From assembly GCA_964626665.1 (NCBI GenBank), contig CAZVGK010000007.1:1-64000 (forward strand): DNA of 64,000 nucleotides, written 5' to 3'. The DNA is from an uncultured Gemmatimonadota bacterium (GTDB lineage Bacteria; SM23-81; DAOVCL01). Positions 36,205 through 46,604 of the stretch are shown here, one piece after another; the stretch's first letter is position 1, and every line of letters begins with the position of its first letter. The notes under the pieces were generated by a model. The model ran no database searches. It was not told the origin of the DNA and saw only the letters and a program-made list of their open reading frames with translations. Both the position numbers and the translations under genes were made by a program.

Positions 36205-37475
36205 CTCGCTTCGCTCGCAAAGTTCTCCATAGGGTCTCACGACCCTTCCCGACCTACAGTCGGGACTCGGATTGCCCATCTGTCACCCTTGAAGGGGGCT
36301 TACCCCCTTCAAACAACCCCCAACCTATCGGAATTTCCAAGAAATCCCGATGGGTCAAGTTAATGGTCCTGGCCGGTGAGGCTTCCGGGGACCTGCATGC
36401 CGCTGGCCTCATCCATCAACTAAAGAAGCTCCTCCCCTCAGTTACCTTCTTCGGAATGGGAGGGGCAAAGATGGAGGAGGAAGGGGTTGAACTTATCTAC
36501 CACCTGCGAGATCTCTCCCTCATTGGGTTTACGGAACCATTGAGGAAGCTCCCCTTCTTTCGGCGGGCAATGGGGAAGATGACCAAGCTCCTCAAGGAGA
36601 GGGAGCCCGATCTGGTAATCCTGGTGGACTACCCTGGTTTCAACCTGAGATTTGCCCGCCAGGTAAAAAAGAGAGGGATTCCCCTTGTCTATTACATCTG
36701 CCCTCAGGTCTGGGCCTGGGGGAGATGGCGGATAAAGAAGATTGCTAAGCTGGTGGATAGGGCCATAGTCTTTTTCCCCTTTGAGCGTAATCTCTATCAA
36801 CGGGCAAAGCTGAGGGCCGATTTTGTCGGCCATCCTCTGATAGAGATTATCAGGGAGGAGCAGAAGGGAGAGGTTTTTCGGCGGCAGATGGGGATAGAAA
36901 AGGGAGAAGAGGTTCTGGGCCTCTTTCCAGGAAGCAGGGAAGGTGAGGTAAGAAGAATCCTTCCCCTGATGCTGCAGGCTTACAGGTTGTTGGCAAAGAA
37001 GGTTAAGATGAGGGCCTTCTTGGCTCTCTCTCCAAATATCCCCCTTGATCTGGTCAAGGGTTATGAGGTGGAGATCCTCCAGGGGAGAAATTATGAGCTT
37101 ATGGCTGGCTCATCTCTGGTCTTAGTGGCCTCAGGAACGGCAACCATAGAGGCCACCATCTTAGGGACGCCAATGCTAATCATCTACCGCATTTCCCCCC
37201 TCTCCTGGCTCTTAGGGAGGTTGCTGGTGAGGCTTCCCTATATAGGGATGGTCAACATATTGGCCGGGAAACAATTGGTCCCTGAGCTCATCCAGAGGAG
37301 GGCAAACCCCCCGCAGATAGCCGCTGCGGCCTGGAGATTGCTGAATGATGAGGGGAGAAGGGAGGAGATGAAGAGGGGATTAGAAAAGGTGAAAAGAGGG
37401 CTGGGAGAGCCAGGTGCCTACCTCAGAGCTGCCCAAATAGTGCACGAGGTCTTCAGGGGTGGCCGGCAAGCTTAG
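36192..37475 (+). CDS. lpxB: Lipid-A-disaccharide synthase with in-frame 53-codon insertion near the start
   Basis: AGEASGDLH, DYPGFN, PQVWAW, FVGHPL, LFPGSR, ASGTAT, PELIQ. Confidence 0.93.
   Translation: MQNLARFARKVLHRVSRPFPTYSRDSDCPSVTLEGGLPPSNNPQPIGISKKSRWVKLMVLAGEASGDLHAAGLIHQLKKLLPSVTFFGMGGAKMEEEGVELIYHLRDLSLIGFTEPLRKLPFFRRAMGKMTKLLKEREPDLVILVDYPGFNLRFARQVKKRGIPLVYYICPQVWAWGRWRIKKIAKLVDRAIVFFPFERNLYQRAKLRADFVGHPLIEIIREEQKGEVFRRQMGIEKGEEVLGLFPGSREGEVRRILPLMLQAYRLLAKKVKMRAFLALSPNIPLDLVKGYEVEILQGRNYELMAGSSLVLVASGTATIEATILGTPMLIIYRISPLSWLLGRLLVRLPYIGMVNILAGKQLVPELIQRRANPPQIAAAAWRLLNDEGRREEMKRGLEKVKRGLGEPGAYLRAAQIVHEVFRGGRQA
36197..36355. mobile_element. 159-bp multi-hairpin intragenic element (copy 2)
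   Basis: Homologous to 11317-11479; removal gives MHKLMVLAGEASGDLH; no TSD. Confidence 0.85.
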
Positions 37476-38088
37476 CCTAAATCTGGCTGCCCTCTTGGGT
37501 CCTCCGCTTCTTTTGGCCTGGGGGAAGAGCCTGCGGATAAGATTTTTAAAAGAGAGATTAAAAAAGAGGAGGGTCATCTATGCCCTCTGGCATGGGAGAA
37601 TGTTCATCCTCATCTATTTCTACCGAAACAGGGGGATAGATGTGCTGATTAGTCAACATTCAGATGGGGAGTTGGTAGCCAGGATGGTGCAGGGCTTAGG
37701 CTATCTCCCGGTGAGGGGGTCAAGCACCAGGGGAGGACTGCAGGGGTTCTTTGCGCTATCCCAAGGGGCAAAGGGGAGAAGTTTGGCCATTACCCCAGAT
37801 GGCCCGCGGGGACCAAAGGAGGTCGTGCAACCTGGGATCATCCTGCTGGCCCAAAGGACTGGCCTACCCATTGTCCCCTTAGGGGCATCCGCCCAGAATG
37901 GGGTGGTTCTTCCCAGTTGGGATAGCTTCCTCATTCCCCACCTCTTCTCCCGGGCAGTGGTCATTGAGGGTCCTCCCCTCCAAGTGGAGAGGGAGCTAAG
38001 GGATGAAGGGCTGGAGGAGAGGAGAGGTGAGCTGGAGAGGAGGCTAAGGGTGGTTAACCGCCAGGCAGACGATTTCTTCTTAAGATGA
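37459..38088 (+). CDS. DUF374 lysophospholipid acyltransferase family (LpxJ-like)
   Basis: ALWHGR, LISQHSDGE, VRGSSTRGG, ITPDGPRGP, SWDSFLIP. Confidence 0.85.
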   Translation: MAGKLSLNLAALLGPPLLLAWGKSLRIRFLKERLKKRRVIYALWHGRMFILIYFYRNRGIDVLISQHSDGELVARMVQGLGYLPVRGSSTRGGLQGFFALSQGAKGRSLAITPDGPRGPKEVVQPGIILLAQRTGLPIVPLGASAQNGVVLPSWDSFLIPHLFSRAVVIEGPPLQVERELRDEGLEERRGELERRLRVVNRQADDFFLR

Positions 38089-39326
38089 GAGGCATATATA
38101 CATTTACATTTTGGTTCGCTCTACTTAGCTTCCTCCCCATCCTTCTCCCCCTTTCCCTGCTCAAGGGGTATGGGATAAGGGAGAGGTTGGGGTTCCTCCC
38201 CCGGGGGATGAGGAGGGGCGGGATCTGGCTTCATGGGGCCTCCATTGGGGAGGTGAGCCTTCTGGTTCCTTTGGCCAGAGGGATAAGGGCTCAGACCCCC
38301 TTGCTTCCCCTTTTCCTCACGGCAACCACCCGCACCGGACTACAAAAGGCCCGCTCACTCCTCCCGGAAGCCACATCCTTCCTCCTCCCCCTGGACCTTC
38401 CCCCCCTAATGGCCAAACTGTTTAACTCTCTTAGACCAAAGGCCTTGATCATCGCGGAATCCGAGCTTTGGCCTAACCTCATATACCAAGCTAAACTGCA
38501 CGGGTGTCCCCTTTTTTTAGTTAACGCGCGTATATCCTCTAAATATAAGCTCTTGAAGTCCCTTTTCCCCTACCTCTTTGGCTCATTCACCAGGATCTTC
38601 TGCCGAGAGGAGAAGGATAGGAGGAAATTTGAGAGCTTAGGGGTAAAGGGGGAGAGGTTGACCGTGGTCGGGGAACTTAAATTCAATCGCCCGCAAAAGT
38701 CCTCCCTATCCCCTAACCTCCGGGGAAACCTGGGGATTGGACCTGAGGAAAAGGTTTTGGTGGCTGGCTGCACCAGAAAGGGTGAGGAGGAGAGGGTTCT
38801 CCAGGCCTTCTCCCAGGTGGCTTCACCCCAGGTAACCCTCATCTTAGCCCCGCGGCATCTGAATAGGTTGGAGGAAGTGGAAAAGATCTTGCGGAAAGGG
38901 GGATTTGATTATATCCGTCGCAGTCAGGCCTCCCAACGAGGAAAGGAGAGGGTTATCCTCCTGGATACCTATGGGGAACTTTCCTCCATCTATGCGCTCT
39001 GCTACGCAGCATTTATCGGGGGGAGTTTGGAACCGCTGGGGGGACACAACCCCCTGGAGCCGGCTTTCTTTGGGGTTCCCGTTATCTTCGGCCCCTCTAT
39101 GGAGGGTAACCCCGAGGGAGCAGAGGTCCTTTTAAAGGCCGGAGGAGGAATTAGGGTCGGGAATGAGGAGAAGCTAGCTCAGGTCTGGGGGAGGCTTCTC
39201 CAAAATCCGCAGGAGAGGGAAGAGAGAGGGAAATCCGCCCTCAGGGCACTAGAGGAAAGGACGGGGAGAGCTGAGCGGGTAACTCAGGAAATCTTGAGGG
39301 AGATAGGAGTTGCAGTCAAAGGTTAA
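38085..39326 (+). CDS. waaA: Kdo transferase
   Basis: IWLHGASIGE, PLD, ESELWPN, VNARIS, LAPRH, DTYGEL, GGHNPLEPA. Confidence 0.93.
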   Translation: MRGIYTFTFWFALLSFLPILLPLSLLKGYGIRERLGFLPRGMRRGGIWLHGASIGEVSLLVPLARGIRAQTPLLPLFLTATTRTGLQKARSLLPEATSFLLPLDLPPLMAKLFNSLRPKALIIAESELWPNLIYQAKLHGCPLFLVNARISSKYKLLKSLFPYLFGSFTRIFCREEKDRRKFESLGVKGERLTVVGELKFNRPQKSSLSPNLRGNLGIGPEEKVLVAGCTRKGEEERVLQAFSQVASPQVTLILAPRHLNRLEEVEKILRKGGFDYIRRSQASQRGKERVILLDTYGELSSIYALCYAAFIGGSLEPLGGHNPLEPAFFGVPVIFGPSMEGNPEGAEVLLKAGGGIRVGNEEKLAQVWGRLLQNPQEREERGKSALRALEERTGRAERVTQEILREIGVAVKG

Positions 39327-40368
39327 AATGTCCCCCCTACCCCTTCTGGGCCTCCCCCTAGTTCCTTTCTACTTCTTGGGCTGGAGGTTGAGGTTGGCCC
39401 TCTATCAAAGGAGGATTATCCCCAAAAGGAGGCTACTAGCCAAGGTCATCTCGGTGGGGAACCTCACCTTAGGGGGGAGCGGCAAAACCCCACTTGTCCT
39501 CTACCTAAGCCAGGGGCTAGAGCAAAGAGGATACAATCCAGCAGTGCTCAGTCGCGGTTACGGCCGCAAGGGAAGGGAGCCTCTTCTAATGGAGAAGACA
39601 GGGGAGTTAAACCCGCAGGATGCGGGAGATGAACCCTTTCTTCTGGCTAAATATGGCATTCCGGTTCTGGTGGAAAAGGACAGATTCCACTCTGGAACGA
39701 TGGCCCAGGCAAGGGGCTATTCCCCTCTAATCTTAGACGATGGCTATCAATATATAGGTCTTCACCGGGATGTGAATATTTTAATCATTGACTCCTCTAA
39801 TCCCTGGGGCAACGGATTCCTCCTTCCCGCCGGCTCCTTGCGGGAACCCTTAAGTGAGGCGAAGAGGGCCGACATTATCATCATCAATAGGGCAGATCAG
39901 GCAGGTAACTTGACCTCTTTGAAGCGGAAGCTGAGGAACATCAAGGGAGATATCCCCCTCTTTGAGTCCCTCTATCTTCCTCACTCCCTCCATTGGCTGG
40001 GGGAAGATGAGGAGATCCCCCTAACGGAACTAAGGGGCAGAAGGGTTTATGCCCTCTCCGCCTTAGGGAATCCCACATCCTTTGAGAACGCCCTTGAGGG
40101 GCTGGGGGCAGTCTTAGTGGGTAAAAGGAGATTCCTTGACCATCACTTTTATAGCAAAGGGGATGTAGAGGAGGTGAGGAAGAGGGCAAAAAGGAAGGGA
40201 GCTGACTGGCTGGTGACCACGGAGAAGGATGAGGTGAAACTCACTCATCTCCTCCCCGGTAATTTCCCCCTCCTCTCCCTGTGCATGCGGTTAACCATCA
40301 GGAAAGAGGAGGATTTTTGGCAGGCAATGGATGCCCTGTTAGCAGGAGGTTCTCTCCGAACAACTTAA
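39310..40368 (+). CDS. lpxK: Tetraacyldisaccharide 4'-kinase
   Basis: VISVGNLTLGGSGKTP, SRGYG, GDEP, LDDGYQ, LPAGSLRE, TTEKD. Confidence 0.94.
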   Translation: MQSKVKMSPLPLLGLPLVPFYFLGWRLRLALYQRRIIPKRRLLAKVISVGNLTLGGSGKTPLVLYLSQGLEQRGYNPAVLSRGYGRKGREPLLMEKTGELNPQDAGDEPFLLAKYGIPVLVEKDRFHSGTMAQARGYSPLILDDGYQYIGLHRDVNILIIDSSNPWGNGFLLPAGSLREPLSEAKRADIIIINRADQAGNLTSLKRKLRNIKGDIPLFESLYLPHSLHWLGEDEEIPLTELRGRRVYALSALGNPTSFENALEGLGAVLVGKRRFLDHHFYSKGDVEEVRKRAKRKGADWLVTTEKDEVKLTHLLPGNFPLLSLCMRLTIRKEEDFWQAMDALLAGGSLRTT

Positions 40369-40453
40369 CAGTTGTCGGGGATCAGTATACAGGGATCAGG
40401 GAAAATACCTGACTGCTAACCACTGACTCCTGTGAGCTGCCTTAAGGGGAAAG

Positions 40454-41422
40454 ATGAGAGTGACAACATTACTCAATGATTTAAAAAAAGGGAAGATAGC
40501 CCCTTCCTACCTCTTCTTTGGGGAGGAAGAGTTCTTGCTTGAAGAGGCCATCGAGGCCCTTACCGAGAAGTTAATTGACCCTTCACTGCGACCTTTTAAT
40601 CTCGATCTAGCCTATGGAGACGAGGTTGATAGGGAGAAGCTCATCGACTCAGCCACTACCCTCCCTATGCTCTCGGGAAGGAGGCTCTTCCTGATTAGAA
40701 GGGCCAATCGACTCAACTTAGGGGTGAGAAATACGCTCCTCGAACTCCTGCAATCGCCACCTTCCACTACTTGTTTGGTGCTCATCGCCCCTCATACGGA
40801 TCCGCGATCTGCTTTCATCAGGGATTTCTCTCAGGTATCCACCCCTGTTCAATTCTTCCCCTTAAGGGAGAGGGAGATCGGCCCCTGGATAATGAGAAGG
40901 GTAGGGAGATGGGGGAGACGGATAACAAAGGAAGCTTCCTATAGGCTTTGGCTTTTGGCCGGAGAGGACCTGATGGCCCTTTCCAACGAGCTGGAGAAGC
41001 TCTCCCTTTATGTCGGCCAGAGGGAGGAAATCGGCGAAGAGGATGTCCTCAAGCTATTCACCGGGGGGAAGACTTTCAACATCTTCAACCTGACCACTGC
41101 CTTGGGAAATGGGGAGCTGGGAAAGTCCTGGAGGATACTCGATGCCCTTCTAAGGGGTGGCGAATCTCCCGGAGGAATCCTATCGATGATAGCCAGGCAC
41201 TTCACTACCCTCTTGAAGATAAAATTAGGCGCCACCCAGAACTTGGGGGTCCATCCCTATTACCTCAAGGAATATGTCCATCAGGCCCAGGGATTTACGG
41301 CCCAAAGCTTAGAGAGAAAGTTAGAGCACATCCTCCGGGTAGAGGTGGAGATAAAGAGCGGTGGTTCCGAGCCAAGGTTGGCCCTGGAGTTCCTCACCTA
41401 CAAGCTCTGCCGAGGTGAATAG
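40454..41422 (+). CDS. holA: DNA polymerase III delta subunit
   Basis: YLFFGEEEFL, TLPMLSGRRL, NELEKLSLY, IFNL, IKSG. Confidence 0.9.
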   Translation: MRVTTLLNDLKKGKIAPSYLFFGEEEFLLEEAIEALTEKLIDPSLRPFNLDLAYGDEVDREKLIDSATTLPMLSGRRLFLIRRANRLNLGVRNTLLELLQSPPSTTCLVLIAPHTDPRSAFIRDFSQVSTPVQFFPLREREIGPWIMRRVGRWGRRITKEASYRLWLLAGEDLMALSNELEKLSLYVGQREEIGEEDVLKLFTGGKTFNIFNLTTALGNGELGKSWRILDALLRGGESPGGILSMIARHFTTLLKIKLGATQNLGVHPYYLKEYVHQAQGFTAQSLERKLEHILRVEVEIKSGGSEPRLALEFLTYKLCRGE

Positions 41423-41429
41423 GCAACCA

Positions 41430-42000
41430 GGAGACAGTTCACGGGGCGGCAAAGCCGCAAAGTTTAAAGAAAAAGACTCACCACGGATTTACACGGAATA
41501 ACACGGGAAGAGAATAGAGACTGCCGTCAGAATCGGGATTCTGACGGCTCAGGAATTTCCATTTTCTATTTTCTTGGATATAGGTTTGTTTCTGTGTCTT
41601 TCCGTGAGATTCCGTGGTGAGTTGTTATGATCTTCTTATCTATTCGAGTAGATTCGTTTATTCGTGTCATTCGTGTTCCTTCTTTAAGGAGTTGTGGGAG
41701 GCATCTCCTGATGCCAATAAAAATGGTGCTGTCAGGAGTTATCTCCTGACAGCTCTTAAAAGGTCAGGAGACCTCTTCCACAAAAGAGGGATCTAACAGA
41801 CCCCAATGCCGGATAGAGAGATTCCTACCGCACTTTAGTGCGGGCCTTAAGTCAATTACTAAATCCGAATGACGAAAAAGGCTTAAACCCAATAAACCTA
41901 TGAGTAACGAGCTATGATTGCATTTTCCCCAGCAGCGGAATCCGTGTAATCCGTGGCTATTGTTTATCCGTGAGGTTCCGTGGTAAACTCTGCGTTCTTT
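41430..42000. repeat. Cluster of palindromic and 9-bp-periodic repeats
   Basis: gccgtcagaatcgggattctgacggc, gctgtcaggagttatctcctgacagc (41728-41753), accgcactttagtgcgg, ccacggatttacacgg/ccgtgtaatccgtgg. Confidence 0.75.
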
Positions 42001-42043
42001 GCGACTTTGCGCTGCTATGGTGATCAGTGGTGAGATTTTACCT

Positions 42044-42703
42044 ATGAGCTCCCCTAAGGTCGAGAAAATATACCAACTCCTCCAGGCTGAATACGGTTAT
42101 CCCCGCCGGAAAGAGAGGAGAGATCCCCTGGCAGAGCTCATTGCCACCATCCTCTCTCAGAACACATCCGACCTCAATTCCCATCGTGCCTTTAGAAACC
42201 TCACACAGAGGTTCCCTACCTGGGAAGATACGCGCAAGGCTCCCCAGGAAGAGATAGCCGAGGCCATAAAGCTCGGTGGCCTCTCCCAACAGAAGGCCCA
42301 GAGGATAAAGGACCTCTTGGAGGAAATCCATCTGCGAGAAGGGGAATCCAACCTTAGCTTCCTGGCTAAGATGGAGGCCGATGAGGTCCAGAGATACCTT
42401 TTAAAGTTCAAAGGGGTAGGGCCAAAGACTGTCGCCTGTGTGCTGTTGTTCTCCTTGGGAAGGCCATCTATGCCAGTGGATACCCATATTTTTAGGGTAT
42501 CCAAGAGGATAGGCCTCGTCCCCCAGAAGGCTAATGTCGTTCAGGCTCAAGCCATCTTAGAGGCAATTACTCCCTCCCAACTCATCTACCCTCTACATTT
42601 AAGCCTTATCGAACATGGAAGGAGAGTCTGTAAAACCCGACAGCCCCTCTGTGCAGGATGCATCCTCAGGGCCGAGTGCGATTACCTAGAAAAAACGAAT
42701 TAA
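42044..42703 (+). CDS. nth: Endonuclease III-like HhH-GPD glycosylase
   Basis: ILSQNTSD, KGVGPKT..CVL, PVDTHIFRV, C..RQP.C..C.L...C FeS motif; start at ATG 42044. Confidence 0.85.
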   Translation: MSSPKVEKIYQLLQAEYGYPRRKERRDPLAELIATILSQNTSDLNSHRAFRNLTQRFPTWEDTRKAPQEEIAEAIKLGGLSQQKAQRIKDLLEEIHLREGESNLSFLAKMEADEVQRYLLKFKGVGPKTVACVLLFSLGRPSMPVDTHIFRVSKRIGLVPQKANVVQAQAILEAITPSQLIYPLHLSLIEHGRRVCKTRQPLCAGCILRAECDYLEKTN

Positions 42704-42885
42704 CTAAAAAAAAGACTTGACACTGAAGAATTGGTGTGTTAGTTATTAAAGAAATTTGAGGCCGTTTCCTTAGATGAAGGAAAATCATATCGTAAAAGGG
42801 GGTGATAAAATAAAGATAGAGGCAGCCTAAGAAGCAGACGCTCTTTTGGTTTATGAAGGGACATTATTAAGAAGGAGGTAGGGAA

Positions 42886-44301
42886 GTGAAAAGAATCATA
42901 TTTTTTCTGATGGTCTCCATTCTGGCCCTGGGCTTAACCCTTCCTGCCCTGGGGGTTGATCTCACCGGTAAGATAGGGGTAGGGGGATTGGTTTCCCCGG
43001 TAAAGCCCGTGTTGAGCGATCACTCGGATATCTGGGCCGTTGGAGGACAAGGGAAACTACTGGTCAAGTATGGGATCAACAAGAACTTTGCTGTTGGATT
43101 AAGTGCTGGATTTGCCAGGGTCTGGAACGACACTACCACTGGCAGTGATGGGGTTGGCTTCACCTTCCCCAGCCCAAGTGATAAGGCTTCCTTAGTCTGG
43201 GATCTCATTCCTGTAGGGGTAAATGGCTATTACAGCATCATCCCTGACAACCCCAAATTAAACCCTTATGTAACCTTGGGATTAGAGGCCAACATCTGGA
43301 AGGTAACCGATTATAGCACAGGCAATGATGTCCCTATCCTTGACAAGGATGATAATCTCAGGCCGGACTTCAAGGCCACAGAGGTTACCGTTGGGGTCGG
43401 TGGTGGCTTGGAATATTTCGTCAAGGAGAACATAGGGATAAACGGTGGGGTCAAGTTTAACTTCCTCACCGGTTTAGGGGCTGACCTCAGCACTAACACA
43501 GATCTGGTAGACAGAAGCAGGGGCATTGTAGAGGGATTTGCTGGAGTAACCTACTACATCGAGATAAAAAAAGACTCGGATGGAGATGGCATAAAAGACG
43601 ACCTTGATGCTTGCCCACTGCAACCTGAGGATTTCGATGGCTTTGAGGACGATGATGGCTGCCCTGACCCCGATAATGACAACGATGGCATCCCGGATAT
43701 CTCCGACAAATGTCCCAACGAGCCTGAGGATTTAGACGGTTACCAGGATGATGACGGCTGCCCAGACCCAGATAATGACAATGACGGGGTCTTGGATGTG
43801 GAGGATAACTGCCCCAATGAGGCAGGACCCGCCTCCAACCATGGCTGCCCCATTGTCGATTCCGACAAGGATGGGGTATTGGATCCAGATGACCGCTGCC
43901 CCAACACCCCTATGAGGGTGAAAGTAGACAGGTATGGATGCCCCACCGCGGCCAAGATAGTGGGGAAGTTGGTCTTGGAGGGTGTGAATTTTGCCTCTGG
44001 GAAAACAAAATTTACTCCTAGTTCAGAGGCCAAATTGGATGAACTGTACAAATCCCTGAAGGCCTATCCTGACTTAAGGGTAGAGATCCAGGGATATACG
44101 GATAGTTGGGGCAGAGCCAAGGCCAACAAGGCCCTTTCTGAGAAGAGGGCAAAGGCAGTGATGAACTACTTGATTAACAAGGGGATAGCCTCCTACAGGC
44201 TAAAAGCTGTAGGTTATGGGGAGGTCAATCCCATTGCCAGCAACAAGACCAAAGCTGGCCGTGCCAAAAATAGAAGGATCGAGATCCTTCCCCTGAAGTA
44301 G
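42886..44301 (+). CDS. OmpA-family protein (beta-barrel + thrombospondin type 3 repeats + OmpA C-terminal domain)
   Basis: DSDGDGIKDD.DACP repeats; VNFASGK, EIQGYTDS, N..LS..RA.AV, GYGE..PIASN, NRRIEI. Confidence 0.92.
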   Translation: MKRIIFFLMVSILALGLTLPALGVDLTGKIGVGGLVSPVKPVLSDHSDIWAVGGQGKLLVKYGINKNFAVGLSAGFARVWNDTTTGSDGVGFTFPSPSDKASLVWDLIPVGVNGYYSIIPDNPKLNPYVTLGLEANIWKVTDYSTGNDVPILDKDDNLRPDFKATEVTVGVGGGLEYFVKENIGINGGVKFNFLTGLGADLSTNTDLVDRSRGIVEGFAGVTYYIEIKKDSDGDGIKDDLDACPLQPEDFDGFEDDDGCPDPDNDNDGIPDISDKCPNEPEDLDGYQDDDGCPDPDNDNDGVLDVEDNCPNEAGPASNHGCPIVDSDKDGVLDPDDRCPNTPMRVKVDRYGCPTAAKIVGKLVLEGVNFASGKTKFTPSSEAKLDELYKSLKAYPDLRVEIQGYTDSWGRAKANKALSEKRAKAVMNYLINKGIASYRLKAVGYGEVNPIASNKTKAGRAKNRRIEILPLK

Positions 44302-44314
44302 TAACTCTTTGGGT

Positions 44315-44358
44315 AGAAGGGGGTGTCGTCTTCTTTAGCGATGCCCCCTTCTGTTATT
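44315..44358 (+). terminator. Terminator-like hairpin after ompA
   Basis: agaagggggtgtcg...cgatgcccccttct. Confidence 0.55.
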
Positions 44359-44541
44359 GGTTAGACTCCGATTTTCATTTCGGGAATTGACTGAGCGGTC
44401 AAATGTCCTCATCTGACCGTCCCTCCGTCAAGCCGTCAGGTGCCTTCACCTGAAGGCGATAGAGAAAGGTGGTAGAATTGGGGTTCTGCCACCTCGCTTT
44501 TGGTTTACTTTGAGTTTAAATAACAAAGAAAGAGAGGGGGA

Positions 44542-45408
44542 ATGAGGAAGCTCGCACTCTTTCTACCTGTGATATTGGCTTTTCTAGGATGTGGTAAGGG
44601 GCCGACAGGGCCACGAGGACCAGCGGGAGCAGAAAGAATCTATGTCCTTGGTCAGGTTGACAGCAAAAGCCAGGCTTGGGTGACGGTTTACTTCCCACCA
44701 GTTATTCCCTGGGTCACGATAAATCAAGATACACTGAGTATGTGGGAGGACAGAATTGATCCAACCTATGATTATTACGGAACAGTTTTCATCGCGGATT
44801 CTGTGTCAGTAAGTGCAGGAGATTTAGCCAATCTTAAAGTAGATTACACCGAGGGTATTGCCATTGCCTCTGCTGGGGTACCAGGTAACTTTGATATCAT
44901 TTCCCCCGATACATCACAGACAGCCCAGATTCCTGTGAATAGTTCTTTTACCGTTACCTGGTCTACCTCAAGTCACGCTGACTTCTATCCTGTCTATTTC
45001 CATCTTAACTATAGCTACTATGACACTTCAGGAAACTACGGATACTTCAATCTCTATGTGGACACTTCTATAACCTCCACTTCTATAACCTTCCCCGCTA
45101 GTAGACTCTTCCCAGGCGATATTGATTCAATAAGGTATAGCGGGGGATATTTTGGTGTTTCCGCAATGAGTGGCCCAGAGGTAAAACCTGGTGCCCGTGG
45201 AAATGTGACCGGCGATGGGAGCGGGTTCTTCTGGGGTAGGAATTATGGGGTAGAGATATATGTTGCAGTTCAGGGAACGAAGACGAAAGCTGCCAAGAAG
45301 CCACCTAAAGAAGAGTTGACAAACAAGCTTTTTGAGAAGATAAGGGAGATGGATCCCAATTATCAGTTGTTGAAGGAGAGATGGTTGAGCAAAGGGTATA
45401 AAAACTGA
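44542..45408 (+). CDS. Hypothetical lipoprotein
   Basis: Lipobox FLGC, short GPTGPRGPAG collagen-like linker. Confidence 0.75.
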   Translation: MRKLALFLPVILAFLGCGKGPTGPRGPAGAERIYVLGQVDSKSQAWVTVYFPPVIPWVTINQDTLSMWEDRIDPTYDYYGTVFIADSVSVSAGDLANLKVDYTEGIAIASAGVPGNFDIISPDTSQTAQIPVNSSFTVTWSTSSHADFYPVYFHLNYSYYDTSGNYGYFNLYVDTSITSTSITFPASRLFPGDIDSIRYSGGYFGVSAMSGPEVKPGARGNVTGDGSGFFWGRNYGVEIYVAVQGTKTKAAKKPPKEELTNKLFEKIREMDPNYQLLKERWLSKGYKN

Positions 45409-45487
45409 AAGCAGGTGGTTCATATCAATTCGTTGACATGCATGGTCTTTTAAGGATTGGTAAGCAAAAGGGTAAACAAAAGGAGAA

Positions 45488-46132
45488 ATGATGAAAAAGG
45501 CATTATTTTTCTTAGTAGTGGCCTCCTGCCTTAGTTGGACTGTCGCTTTTGGTGGTGGCCTCGGAGTGGGGTTAGGTGTTGGAACTACAGCTTTTTTGGG
45601 TGAGGACGACTTAATGCTCCCCAAGACGGTTTCTGGGATGTTGTCAATGGATTTAAGTGACAATGTGATGGTGAGAGGCTCCATAGGGTTTGCCTATACC
45701 AGTATGCACGAGGAAAGAACTCCCGTGACAGGGACAAAATCTACAGAGGACAATAGGTTAATCGGATTCCCCATAGAGTTGGAGTTTTTACCATTTTTTA
45801 CCAGGGATGAGGGGAGGGTCAGAATATACCCAGGAGCCGGTTTTGGTTTCTACCATTACAGTTACAAACATAAGACAAAATATGGGAATACTTCCACGGA
45901 GCCTCCAACAGAGCATTACTCCGGTTTTGGCCAGTTTTTCGTGCTGGGAATAGAAGCTCAGTTGACCGAGAATCTGAGCCTTTTTTCGGAATGGTCTAAA
46001 ATGACCTTTGCCGTGATGAAACATTCATATGAACAAACTGACTATCTTGGCAATAAAATTGCTAAGGTGAAGGAAGATGTGATCCCTTTCAAGTATGGGA
46101 TCCGCTTTGGGGTTAGAATGTCCCTCTTCTAA
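45488..46132 (+). CDS. Hypothetical outer-membrane beta-barrel protein
   Basis: Signal peptide, YPGAGFG strand, C-terminal GIRFGVRMSLF. Confidence 0.75.
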   Translation: MMKKALFFLVVASCLSWTVAFGGGLGVGLGVGTTAFLGEDDLMLPKTVSGMLSMDLSDNVMVRGSIGFAYTSMHEERTPVTGTKSTEDNRLIGFPIELEFLPFFTRDEGRVRIYPGAGFGFYHYSYKHKTKYGNTSTEPPTEHYSGFGQFFVLGIEAQLTENLSLFSEWSKMTFAVMKHSYEQTDYLGNKIAKVKEDVIPFKYGIRFGVRMSLF

Positions 46133-46157
46133 AGGCGGACCGGCAATTTATAACGAT

Positions 46158-46195
46158 AAAAGGCCAGCCAGAAGGTAGTTCCTGGTTGGCCTTTT
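46158..46195 (+). terminator. Rho-independent terminator-like hairpin
   Basis: aaaaggccagccag...ctggttggcctttt. Confidence 0.6.
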
Positions 46196-46604
46196 GATAA
46201 CGGATCCATCCAAATTACTGCGAAAATTCGAAAAATCTCACTAAAGGATTTGTCTCTCTCTGCCGATATAGAAATAGAAGGGCATTCCAACCAGGATGAC
46301 GTGCTAAAAAAGAATGAGACTTCAAAAGATTATTAGATGACAGAAGAGGGCTTCTGCCACTCCCTGGGGAGCCTTCAACCACCCGTCCCGAACCGGAGCG
46401 GGTCGGGGAAGCTGGGTAGATGGGTTCTACCACACTTTAGTGTGGGTCTTCTATCCATGTCCGCTGAAGGGGCTTAAGCCCCGGGAACCCAACGAGTAAC
46501 GAGCTACGATTGTAGTTTTTCCCATCAGTGAAATCCGTGTGATCTGTGGCTGTGCTTGGTTGCGGCCTTGTTGCACTGAGAATCCCTGGAAGAAAGGACA
46601 TCCT

